From a virus (taxonomy: Duplodnaviria; Heunggongvirae; Uroviricota; Caudoviricetes): 28,061 nt of DNA. The DNA lies in the IMG/VR virus record IMGVR_UViG_3300036956_000151, one strand, 5' to 3'. The translations under genes were made by a program, and so were the position numbers. This document shows, one piece after another, positions 8,521 to 15,553 of the stretch. The first letter of the stretch is position 1. Each line of letters opens with the position of its first letter. The notes below the pieces were generated by a model. It had not been told where the DNA came from. It searched no databases and worked only from the letters and a program-made list of their open reading frames with translations.

Positions 8521-8750
8521 TACGCCACCTCGCCAGAGGTAAGGGCCTCAACGGCCGCGGCGTCCCACAGCAAGAAGCGGTTGCGGCACTTGACCGGGCG
8601 CAGGCCGAAGTAATGCCCGTCACGGCACAGGGCGGCGCGCAAGGTCTGCGGGCGCACCTTCAGGACGGCGGCGGCCTCAATGGTGGAGTAGTTGCGCAGG
8701 ATGGACGCGATGTCCGTGCGCTTGGTGGTGGGTGTGTTTTGGTGTTGCAT
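8520..8750 (-). CDS. Small HTH DNA-binding protein, 76 aa, AlpA/excisionase-like; first gene of the replication operon
   Basis: STIEAAAVLKVRPQTLRAALCRDGHYFGLRPVKCRNRFLLWDAAAVEAL; AGGAGA SD; same motif pattern as the element B gene at 23916-24098. Confidence 0.7.
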   Translation of the reverse strand: MQHQNTPTTKRTDIASILRNYSTIEAAAVLKVRPQTLRAALCRDGHYFGLRPVKCRNRFLLWDAAAVEALTSGEVA

Positions 8751-8843
8751 TCGCTGGTTCTCCTGCTCGGAAAACCACCGTTGAGAGTCGCCGGATGCAA
8801 CTCAATCAACGCTGGCGAACGCAATGTGTTGCGCCGAAGTCTA

Positions 8844-8859
8844 TTAACAGCCGGCTGTT
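8844..8859. promoter_or_regulatory. Perfect 16-bp palindrome TAACAGCCGGCTGTTA in the promoter region of the element A replication operon
   Basis: Lies between the stop at 8863 and the HTH gene start at 8750. Confidence 0.35.
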
Positions 8860-8862
8860 ATG

Positions 8863-9456
8863 TTACCCGCCATTTCCAAGATGCTGATTTTTAAGGGTCT
8901 TTAGGCTGTTTAGAAATTTGCGCTCTTCGCTACCCCCCTCGGTTCTAAGTCCGTGCTCGTCAGTGAATACAACATACCCCGCGTCGCGCTGCACGACTCC
9001 ACGGCTCTCCAGTTTGTCCAGCATATCCGATGCAGTCAGGAGTCTGTTCTTGTCCCATATGGCCTTTGCCTCTAGTCGCCAGCGGATAGTAGCGGGCCGT
9101 CCTCCTTTGCGTACGACACGCTTCTGCGACGCGGACCTAGCCTGCTGTGCTCTTGCTGCTGCGGCGTAATGCTGCATCATCGGAGACAAGGGACCGACAG
9201 CAAGAATGGCAGACCTTGCAGCCGCAACGGACGCGGCGTGCGCAGCATCAACCATTGGCTGCATCCACTGACGCGTTTTTTCAGGCCACGTCTCCCTTAG
9301 AAGTCCAAGAGGCGGCTCCTGCAAAGGTAGGGTCAGCGAGCTTCTCAGCACCGACTCGAACACGGCGAGCTGGATTTCCTCGGCCCCGCGCCTGAAGTCA
9401 GCCGCGAATGATGCGGACTGACCTCCCATCCCCTGTTTTTTCAAATGCTTTGTCAT
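8863..9456 (-). CDS. Hypothetical protein, 197 aa; contains a GGRPA motif shared with the syntenic 252-aa protein of element B
   Basis: AAGGAG SD 6 nt upstream; directly preceded by conserved hairpin module 2. Confidence 0.6.
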   Translation of the reverse strand: MTKHLKKQGMGGQSASFAADFRRGAEEIQLAVFESVLRSSLTLPLQEPPLGLLRETWPEKTRQWMQPMVDAAHAASVAAARSAILAVGPLSPMMQHYAAAARAQQARSASQKRVVRKGGRPATIRWRLEAKAIWDKNRLLTASDMLDKLESRGVVQRDAGYVVFTDEHGLRTEGGSEERKFLNSLKTLKNQHLGNGG

Positions 9457-9477
9457 CGCGCTCCTTCAAGCGCCTTC

Positions 9478-9552
9478 AAAAGAGGCACCGCGCCAGGCGG
9501 GTGAAGGTTCCCGCTTTTCGGTTGGCCGACCTAGGCGCGGTGGTGGTACTCG
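9478..9552. terminator. Conserved nested-hairpin element (module 2): outer stem CACCGCGCC/GGCGCGGTG enclosing inner hairpin GCGGG-N8-CCCGC plus T4; terminator-like in both orientations; homologous copy at 25028-25104
   Basis: Near-identical flanks in both elements; inner stem differs by compensatory changes (GCGGG/CCCGC versus CGGGG/CCCCG). Confidence 0.45.
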
Positions 9553-9553
9553 G

Positions 9554-9934
9554 TCAGGCGGCAATCGCCTCATTCAAGGGACACGGCTGAATCAGCACGT
9601 CAGCCGGGAGGCCGAGGCCAGAAGACAGGCGGCGAATCATCGTCACCGACAGCGGGCGCGTCCGGTTCATGATGTCGGCCACCCTCCCCCGCGGGCCGAT
9701 GTAAGGCTCCAAGTCCTTGCGCGTCAATCCGCGGGACTCCATGACGTACTCAAGGAAGGCCACCGGGTCCGGGGCTTTAATCAGGAAGTGCGCCTTTTCG
9801 TAGGCTTCCACCAGCATGGCGAGCACCTCCAGGCGGTCGGCCTCGGGGCTTCCATCAGGGGCATCCCACAGGCGTTCGATATCGGCCAGGGCTTCGTTGT
9901 GCTCGGCTTCGGTTCGGATGGGCTTCAGTTCCAT
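9554..9934 (-). CDS. higA: HigA-family antitoxin (HTH), 126 aa
   Basis: Immediately downstream of the HigB-type toxin gene; AGGAG SD; C-terminal HTH-like segment LTRKDLEPYIGPRGRVADIMNRTRPLSVTMIRRL. Confidence 0.8.
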   Translation of the reverse strand: MELKPIRTEAEHNEALADIERLWDAPDGSPEADRLEVLAMLVEAYEKAHFLIKAPDPVAFLEYVMESRGLTRKDLEPYIGPRGRVADIMNRTRPLSVTMIRRLSSGLGLPADVLIQPCPLNEAIAA

Positions 9935-9942
9935 GGCGGCTC

Positions 9943-10236
9943 CTAGATGGTTTCAGCGTCTATCCGGTCGTACTCGGCATGAGTGCCCACGAAACGGATG
10001 AACATCATGGTGGAGGTGTAACGCACAGCCGCCACCAACCGGTAGTCATTGCCCTTGATGTTGAACACCACGCGGTTGTTCGCCAGAAAGCTGGCGTTCC
10101 GGTGCGCGGCCTTGATGTCGGCCGGGGTTTGCCAGGTGGCCCGGCTTGCCTCGGCGTACCAACCACGCAAAGGGGTTTCGGCTTGCGGATGCTTCTCCCA
10201 AAACTCGCGCAGTGCTCGCAGTGCAATGATGTGCAT
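9943..10236 (-). CDS. higB: HigB-family type II toxin (mRNA interferase), 97 aa
   Basis: MHIIALRALREFWEKHP...NNRVVFNIKGNDYRLVAAVRY...IRFVGTHAEYDRIDAETI; toxin-first order. Confidence 0.85.
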   Translation of the reverse strand: MHIIALRALREFWEKHPQAETPLRGWYAEASRATWQTPADIKAAHRNASFLANNRVVFNIKGNDYRLVAAVRYTSTMMFIRFVGTHAEYDRIDAETI

Positions 10237-10319
10237 GACTCAATCTAGCATGTTACCGTTTTGGTAGCAAACACTCAGGCTTTCACCACCCGCAGCCCGG
10301 CCGCCTGCTCTTCGCCCGG

Positions 10320-10604
10320 TCAGGCGGCGATGCGTGCCACGGGTGCCCGGTCCTTGGCGCGCTCGCCGGCTGTCCAGAGGTCGCGCTGCGTTTGCAGGCG
10401 CAGCCAGTAGCCGGGCGAGGTGCCTAGCGCCTCGTGCAGGCGCAGGTCCATATCGGCGGTGACGGCGGCATGCCCGTGCAGGATGCGGGACAACATCACC
10501 CGGCTGATGCCCACATGGGCGGCAAAGGCGGTCACGCTCATATCGAGGTCTTCCAGCCAGCCGGCCAGGATTTCGCCAGGGGTTGAAGGGTCGTGCATGT
10601 CCAT
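10320..10604 (-). CDS. HigA-like antitoxin (XRE-type HTH), 94 aa
   Basis: PGEILAGWLEDLDMSVTAFAAHVGISRVMLSRILHG...ITADMDLRLHEALGTSPGYWLRLQTQRDL; follows the killer-protein toxin gene. Confidence 0.8.
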   Translation of the reverse strand: MDMHDPSTPGEILAGWLEDLDMSVTAFAAHVGISRVMLSRILHGHAAVTADMDLRLHEALGTSPGYWLRLQTQRDLWTAGERAKDRAPVARIAA

Positions 10605-10615
10605 GATGTCGGGCC

Positions 10616-10894
10616 TCAGTGGTAATCCAGATAGTCCAGCAGTTCCACGTTTCCGCCATCGAAGCGGAACACAAGCCGCCAGTTGGCTTGCACCGTCATG
10701 GCGAGGAAGCCGGCGCGGTCGCCGGACAGGCCATGCAGGCGCCAGGACGGGCGGGCGAGGTCTTCCGGGCCGGCGGCGGCGTTCAGGGCGGTCAGCATTT
10801 CCCGTAGGCGCTTGGCGTGAATCGGCTGAATGCCGGCCTGCTTGCCGGTCAGGAAGAAGGCTTCAAGCCCCTTGTGTCGGAACGATAGAATCAT
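10616..10894 (-). CDS. RelE/ParE-superfamily toxin of the HigB killer-protein type, 92 aa
   Basis: MILSFRHKGLEAFFLTGKQAGIQPIHAKRLREMLTALNAA...LLDYLDYH. Confidence 0.85.
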   Translation of the reverse strand: MILSFRHKGLEAFFLTGKQAGIQPIHAKRLREMLTALNAAAGPEDLARPSWRLHGLSGDRAGFLAMTVQANWRLVFRFDGGNVELLDYLDYH

Positions 10895-10898
10895 AGTC

Positions 10899-10917
10899 TG
10901 TAAATCATAGCTTTACA
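10899..10917. promoter_or_regulatory. Inverted repeat TGTAAA-N7-TTTACA upstream of the toxin gene; likely TA operator/promoter
   Basis: Between toxin start (10894) and integrase stop (10926). Confidence 0.4.
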
Positions 10918-10925
10918 ATGTCCGC

Positions 10926-12242
10926 TCAGGTCACAACCCGCAACCCAGGCGCCTGCCCCTCGTCCGGCTGCTCGATGCCGGCCTGCTCCAGAATCCAGCC
11001 CTCTATCTTGATGTGCCACAGGGTCAGCAGGTCGAGCGGCCGGCGGCGATAGTGCTTCTCGGCCAAGGCGCTGGGCTTGTGCCCCTGAATCTGCGCCACC
11101 ACGCCGACGGGCACCTCGCACCACTCCGCCAGGGTGCCGAAGGAGCGGCGCAGGTCATGCAGCGAGAATGGCGGCAGGCCGGCGGCTTCCATCGCTTTGC
11201 GCAGGGGTTTGAGGACTTCCACGATACGGCCATCCGCGGCCGCAGGGCTTGAGAACACCCACTCATTCCGGCGCGGCAGAGAGGCCAGCAGCGAGGCGAC
11301 GAAGGGCGTCAGCGGGATGATGCGGCCCTCTTCCTCCACCTTGTCGGCGATGTGCAGGGACTTCCATTGAAAATCCACGTCAGCCCATTTCAGGCCGGCC
11401 AGTTCCTCGCGCCTCGCGCCGGTCAGGAGCAAGGTTTGCAGGTAGGCGGCGTGCACCGGGTTCCCCAGCTTGCGGACATGCTCGAACCACAGCGGCAATT
11501 GTTCGCGGCGCAGGCTGTCGCCTTTGGTCTTCACCGCCTGCACTTGGTCCCGCACTTCGCTGGTGCGGCAGGCATCCGCACGAACGAGGCCGGCATACTC
11601 CGGGCGCTCGGCACACCAGCCAAGGAAGGCGCGCACGAGGCGGAATATCTTTGCGGCCTGCGTCGCCCCGCGGGCGTTGTTGTCCTGCATCCATGCCGTG
11701 ATGCGTGCCGGGGTCAGGTCCAATAGGCGCACATGCAGCAGCGGATGTACCATGCCGGGCAAAGTGTATTCCCCCTGCCCAGCCTTGCGCCCTCGCGTGA
11801 TGCGCTCGCCGCCGGGCTTTATGGCCTGTGCATGGTCGCGCTGTGAGGACTCGCCCCACTTGTGCGAGCGGGCCAGAACATAGGCGGCCCATGCCTCGCC
11901 AACGGTCACTTCCTGCCGTGCGGACTCTTCCCGCTTGGCCTCGATGGCGGCGCGCTTGTCGGCCTTCTCTTGGCGCGGGTCGATGCCTTGGTCAATCAGG
12001 GTTTGCAGGCGGCGGGCTTCGGCGCGGGCTGCGTCAATGCCCCACGCGCGCACGTCGCCAATCGTGATGCGAAGAGCCTTGCCGTTCAGGCGGCTTTGGA
12101 AGATGAACCCGCGCGCCTCGCTGCCGGGTGTGGCACGCACTGCGAGGCCGGGCGCTTCCGTGTCCCACAGGAAGGCTTGAGCGGTGCCGGTCGGGCATTC
12201 AAATTCGCGGATGCGGCCGGCGGTCAGCTTGTTGCGTGCCAT
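10926..12242 (-). CDS. int: Tyrosine recombinase, P4-type integrase (element A); ATG at 12242 preferred over the ORF-track start at 12248
   Basis: ~438 aa; catalytic-domain blocks LTGARREELAGL, HDLRRSFGT, HKPSALAEKHYRRR; GGAGAA SD; adjacent to att copy 2. Confidence 0.9.
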   Translation of the reverse strand: MARNKLTAGRIREFECPTGTAQAFLWDTEAPGLAVRATPGSEARGFIFQSRLNGKALRITIGDVRAWGIDAARAEARRLQTLIDQGIDPRQEKADKRAAIEAKREESARQEVTVGEAWAAYVLARSHKWGESSQRDHAQAIKPGGERITRGRKAGQGEYTLPGMVHPLLHVRLLDLTPARITAWMQDNNARGATQAAKIFRLVRAFLGWCAERPEYAGLVRADACRTSEVRDQVQAVKTKGDSLRREQLPLWFEHVRKLGNPVHAAYLQTLLLTGARREELAGLKWADVDFQWKSLHIADKVEEEGRIIPLTPFVASLLASLPRRNEWVFSSPAAADGRIVEVLKPLRKAMEAAGLPPFSLHDLRRSFGTLAEWCEVPVGVVAQIQGHKPSALAEKHYRRRPLDLLTLWHIKIEGWILEQAGIEQPDEGQAPGLRVVT

Positions 12243-12256
12243 GTTCAAGTTCTCCG

Positions 12257-12287
12257 TGTAAGCGGCTCATGTAAGCAGCTTGTAAGC
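12257..12287. promoter_or_regulatory. Three TGTAAGC heptamers (12257, 12270, 12281) upstream of the element A integrase; candidate arm-type sites
   Basis: Direct repeats read from sequence; same heptamer at the left end (2037-2055). Confidence 0.4.
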
Positions 12288-12406
12288 GGATTCTAGAACA
12301 CGCTTCAATTTCCATCAACGTCAAAAACGGAATGAATGCTTTATTTTCAATGCCTTGCTGTTTTTATGAAACGCTATTCAATGTCAAAAAACCCCGTAAC
12401 CATTCA

Positions 12407-12502
12407 ACTCATAATCGCTTGGTCGCTGGTTCAAGTCCAGCACGGCCCACCATACGTATCAAGCACTTAGGCCAGCCTCACGAGGGCTGGCCTTTTGCTT
12501 TC
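12407..12502 (+). repeat. att direct repeat copy 2 (junction between element A and element B); tRNA 3' half only, no 5' half
   Basis: ACTCATAATCGCTTGGTCGCTGGTTCAAGTCCAGCACGGCCCACCA plus terminator; preceded by unrelated AT-rich sequence. Confidence 0.85.
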
Positions 12503-12510
12503 CGGCGCCG

Positions 12511-12529
12511 TGTAGCCACCATGTAGCCA
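12511..12529. promoter_or_regulatory. Two TGTAGCCA octamers at left end of element B; candidate arm-type sites
   Basis: Same motif at 27389-27425 (three copies, one inverted) upstream of the element B integrase. Confidence 0.4.
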
Positions 12530-12582
12530 GATTCGAGAAGTCCGCACAACCACATACAAAAGGCCCCATGCTGGAAGCCGGT

Positions 12583-12691
12583 GGAGGGAGCTATCGGCCT
12601 CCCCTCCTCCGCCGTGAGTGCGTGATGGCTCCGTTTTGAGCCATCGTCAGCAACGGCCGAAAGTAAAGGGTGGGCAGATTGTGCCCACCCT
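12583..12691. other. Three consecutive GC-rich hairpins (12583-12607, 12624-12646, 12665-12691) between att copy 2 and the Rha-like fragment
   Basis: Inverted repeats GGAGGGAG/CTCCCCTCC, GATGGCTC/GAGCCATC, AAGGGTGGGCA/TGCCCACCCTT. Confidence 0.3.
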
Positions 12692-12698
12692 TGGCGGG

Positions 12699-12830
12699 TC
12701 AGCAGCTCATGGGCTTCTCCTCAATTTGAGGAGAAGCAATCACGCCGCGCTCAAGCAAGGTTTCGATGGTGCGCTTCACGTTGTCGTGACGCTTCGGCCT
12801 GGTGCCGGCATGGGCGACTGATGCGAACAT
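12699..12830 (-). pseudogene. Decayed Rha-like N-terminal fragment, 43 codons; lacks the usual N-terminal helix
   Basis: Translation ...RPKRHDNVKRTIETLLERGVIASPQIEEK matches the element A ORF at 2657-2803; below the 60-aa ORF-track cutoff. Confidence 0.35.
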
Positions 12831-12847
12831 TGCTCGGGTCAGAACGA

Positions 12848-12872
12848 AGGGTGTCGCTATTCCCGACACCCT
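12848..12872. promoter_or_regulatory. Palindrome AGGGTGTCG-N7-CGACACCCT just upstream of the Rha-like fragment
   Basis: Shares GGTGTC/GACACC half-sites with the palindromes at 2597-2618 and 15443-15466. Confidence 0.35.
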
Positions 12873-13071
12873 TTAAAACCTGGTGAACGTGGGGCCTCGT
12901 TCGCAGAACGACACGCCCGGCCGCCGAGGGCCTGCGTACTGTGCAGTCCCTCTCCGGGTCAGAACTTGGGCCTCGTTCGCAGAAACGGCACCTGATGCGA
13001 ATGAACTACTTCATAGCCCGCAAACCCCGCGTGCCCTAGGATGAAGGCTCCTTTTCTTTCCTGATAGATCT

Positions 13072-13260
13072 ATGGGTCCGATCTCCAAACCGTCCAGAAT
13101 CAGCCAATGGCGCGCCACCACTGCCGCCGGCGAAACCGAAGTCTTCAACCTCAAAATAATCGCCGACGACTGGGCGGGCGTCGGTGGCACGGTCGAAGCC
13201 GTGAATGCTGCCGACCAGAAGGCATTGCAAGGGGGTGGCAAAACACCACCCCATGAATGA
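13072..13260 (+). CDS. Possible small protein, 62 aa, unknown
   Basis: GC-rich third codon positions and non-repetitive composition; no clear SD. Confidence 0.25.
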   Translation: MGPISKPSRISQWRATTAAGETEVFNLKIIADDWAGVGGTVEAVNAADQKALQGGGKTPPHE

Positions 13261-13298
13261 GAACCCCGGCGCGTGACGGGGGCTGGTGGTGAGTCGCG

Positions 13299-13589
13299 TT
13301 ACTGGGTCCGTGCGTGGCCGCTGGGTGGCGGCAGAATGTCCGACAGGGGCAAACCCTGCGCCCAGGCGTGCAACTCGGTAAGAAGCCAGCCTATCCGGTT
13401 GCTCGACGTCTTGCGGGGCGCTGGGAACGTTCCCTTCAGCACCTGTGCGGCGATGTTCGACGGGCTGAGTCCCACAATCGTGCAGGTGGTGTCCCGGTCC
13501 ACGATGACAGGATCGATGTGAATCACCCTGGTGACCCGCAGCGTTCCGCCGCTGGGCGTGCACGCGGGGATCTTCTTCGGCCGTCCCAT
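13299..13589 (-). CDS. alpA: AlpA-family phage transcriptional regulator, 96 aa
   Basis: GLSPSNIAAQVLKGTFPAPRKTSSNRIGWLLTELHAWAQ fits the AlpA pattern; start coupled to upstream stop. Confidence 0.75.
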   Translation of the reverse strand: MGRPKKIPACTPSGGTLRVTRVIHIDPVIVDRDTTCTIVGLSPSNIAAQVLKGTFPAPRKTSSNRIGWLLTELHAWAQGLPLSDILPPPSGHARTQ

Positions 13590-13590
13590 T

Positions 13591-14058
13591 TCAGGTGCTC
13601 CCGGGTGCGTGGGCGGTCGCCTGGCGGCCACCAACGGCACGCAGTTCGTCGGAGAGGCTTAAGGCCTCCCGGGCGAGCGCCTGAAAGTCTGCCTGTGCTG
13701 GGGCCGACCCCGCAAGAAACTGATTGATCCTCCGCATGAGCGAATCTTGGCGCTGCTGGAGGTCCGCCAGGCCGGCAAGGATCACGTCCGCAAGGGGTGG
13801 GAGTTCTGCGCGATTCTCCCAGTCGTCAGCACGGCCGAGGAGGTAATCAGCTGAAACACCATAGACCCGCGCCGCATCGGCAAGCAGCTGGGGCGTGATT
13901 CCCTTTGGGTAGTTCGGATGCTCGGCGCGGGTCAAACGGGATGCACTCTTGATGCCAAGCCGCCGCGCGGCCTCGTCCGTGCCCAGGCATGCGATCTCGC
14001 GGGCGGATTTCAAGCGCTGGCCGACGATGCACTGCGCTACGGGTGGTCTCTTGCTCAT
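13591..14058 (-). CDS. XRE/Cro-CI-type HTH regulator, 155 aa
   Basis: HTH-like segment and motif ARVYGVSADYLLGRADD; paralogous to 20619-21212; AAGGA SD. Confidence 0.7.
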   Translation of the reverse strand: MSKRPPVAQCIVGQRLKSAREIACLGTDEAARRLGIKSASRLTRAEHPNYPKGITPQLLADAARVYGVSADYLLGRADDWENRAELPPLADVILAGLADLQQRQDSLMRRINQFLAGSAPAQADFQALAREALSLSDELRAVGGRQATAHAPGST

Positions 14059-14093
14059 GGTGGTGTCCTTCTCAATTCCAGCGTTTCAGGGGG

Positions 14094-14119
14094 CTGTGCG
14101 CCCGGTTGAAGGCGCACAG
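14094..14119. promoter_or_regulatory. Inverted repeat CTGTGCGCC-N8-GGCGCACAG between the 173-aa gene and the XRE regulator; hairpin or operator
   Basis: 9-bp perfect stems. Confidence 0.35.
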
Positions 14120-14135
14120 ATCCATCCCGCGGGTG

Positions 14136-14657
14136 TCAGGCGGCGTCGCGGCGATAGTTGCTGCCCACGTCTTCCGCTGTGCCGTTGACGAGATCCTGCA
14201 CGGTGCTGGCCATGTCGTGGATCGTCAGCAGGGTGCTATCGAGGTGCGGGCGCAGCGACTCAAGCTGGCCAGAGCCCGCGGCGGCCTTGGTGACCGCGGC
14301 AACGCCCGCGATCTTTCTTGCAGCCTCTTGAACGTAGAGATCCATCAGGTTAGCCGCGGTCTGCAGCTCACGAACCTTGGTCGGGGCGTTGCGGGAGGGG
14401 CAGAAGGCGTAGTCCGTGTCCTGGCAACCTACCACCGTGGCCTGTGCCTTGATATCTGCAGCGGAATCGCGAGCAAGGCCGATGATCGCGTCCATCGCGG
14501 TGCCAGTGCCGGCCGCATCGTCAGACTTAAGGGCGCCTTGTGCCGTGCGCACGAGGCCCATGATTGCGTCGGTGGCCTGTTGCGAATGGCGGTCAATCAG
14601 CTCGACGGTCTTCATCAGGGTGGCGAGGTTGGTGTTCTTGATGGTGGTGGTGGTCAT
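14136..14657 (-). CDS. Hypothetical protein, 173 aa, mostly helical
   Basis: GGAG SD; start 2 nt after upstream stop. Confidence 0.6.
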   Translation of the reverse strand: MTTTTIKNTNLATLMKTVELIDRHSQQATDAIMGLVRTAQGALKSDDAAGTGTAMDAIIGLARDSAADIKAQATVVGCQDTDYAFCPSRNAPTKVRELQTAANLMDLYVQEAARKIAGVAAVTKAAAGSGQLESLRPHLDSTLLTIHDMASTVQDLVNGTAEDVGSNYRRDAA

Positions 14658-14659
14658 GG

Positions 14660-15028
14660 TCAGGCGCTCCAGGCAAAGGAAAGACGATAGGCTGCTACGG
14701 GACCGGCAAGCCGGCGGATGGTGCGGTACATCGAGAGGGACGTGGCGAGGCGAGCGCGGCCGGGACGGCGCGCGGTGCGATCAGCGGCGGCGAGGGCCTG
14801 CTGTGCGGCCTCGAGCAGAGGGGCCGGCAGGAAGCTGTCAGCGCTGGTCGGACGCACGGGCGGGTAATCCATCGTCTCGGTGACGATGGCGCGCAGGGCG
14901 GACACGGGTGACGGTGCAGCAGGACGGGCACGGCCGATGCGGCGATGCGGGCCGCGAACAAGGGCGGGGCTGTGTTTGGGGCGTGAGGTGCTGCAGAGTG
15001 CGGGCGCACTGGGGGCGTGGGTAGCCAT
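14660..15028 (-). CDS. Possible protein, 122 aa, Pro/Ala/Arg-rich; start at the position homologous to the element A gene 3054-3371
   Basis: AAGGAA SD; low-complexity composition makes coding status uncertain. Confidence 0.35.
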   Translation of the reverse strand: MATHAPSAPALCSTSRPKHSPALVRGPHRRIGRARPAAPSPVSALRAIVTETMDYPPVRPTSADSFLPAPLLEAAQQALAAADRTARRPGRARLATSLSMYRTIRRLAGPVAAYRLSFAWSA

Positions 15029-15235
15029 GGTGATGTTCCTTATTTGCGGTCTTGTTCTCCGCTACCCAGCCGCCAAGCTGGGTGAGCAGAACCGTGCAGG
15101 TTGGCGGACCGGAATAAGGACCGGCAGGGTTTCCCCTCCCGCACGGCCCCGCCCAATGAGGCGATACCATGCTACGGACGTAAAAAAACCGCGCAGTGCG
15201 GCGGTTGTCCGCCTTATTTACCCGGGCCGCCAAGC
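15029..15235 (-). promoter_or_regulatory. Conserved structured leader (module 1), element B copy
   Basis: Homologous to 3372-3580; includes hairpin CCGC-N5-GCGG followed by A7 (terminator-like on the minus strand). Confidence 0.4.
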
Positions 15236-15442
15236 CCGTATCACCGTTGTTTGCAGCGACGAAAATATGATGCGCCTGGGCGCCGCTGGTGGTCAAGCAC
15301 TTATTTTGCATGTGTGGCGCCGGAGGGGAGGTGGACACATGAATCATGGGCGCCCGAGGACGGACACGGTAGGTGTCATTTCGGCCGGCGACACCCGCCT
15401 AAAATGGGTGGCCGCGGTAAGTCGAGCACGTCAGGCCGCCGA

Positions 15443-15466
15443 GGTGTCCTCAGTTTTGAGGACACC
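15443..15466. promoter_or_regulatory. Perfect palindrome GGTGTCCTC-AGTTTT-GAGGACACC; operator-like
   Basis: Homologous to the site upstream of the element A Rha-like ORF, but no Rha-like ORF follows here. Confidence 0.4.
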
Positions 15467-15553
15467 GTCACCAATGTGCAAATCTGCACAATATCCAGAC
15501 CCACGCGGCTGCCCTGGATGAAGCCGTCTGCGTCGCTTCTGAGTTTCATCGGA

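Larger units (their letters stand above)
2029..12502. mobile_element. Element A: ~10.5-kb P4-like integrative element (integrase, primase-helicase operon, AlpA-like HTH, two HigBA modules, cargo); no virion structural genes
   Basis: Bounded by att copies 1 and 2; integrase at right end; boundaries uncertain by about 100 bp. Confidence 0.8.

Noticed and set aside
12407-12452. att copies 2 and 3 as additional complete tRNA genes
   Set aside because: Only the 3' half from the anticodon loop onward is present; the upstream sequence cannot form an acceptor stem or D-arm.
12332-12526. ORFs running through att copies 2 and 3 (12332-12526 and 27068-27700)
   Set aside because: They translate the partial tRNA and terminator sequence and run antisense into the integrase genes.
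13036-13563. Minus-strand 175-aa ORF overlapping the AlpA gene in another frame
   Set aside because: The AlpA frame has a recognisable motif and a coupled start; the alternative is Arg/His/Pro-rich.
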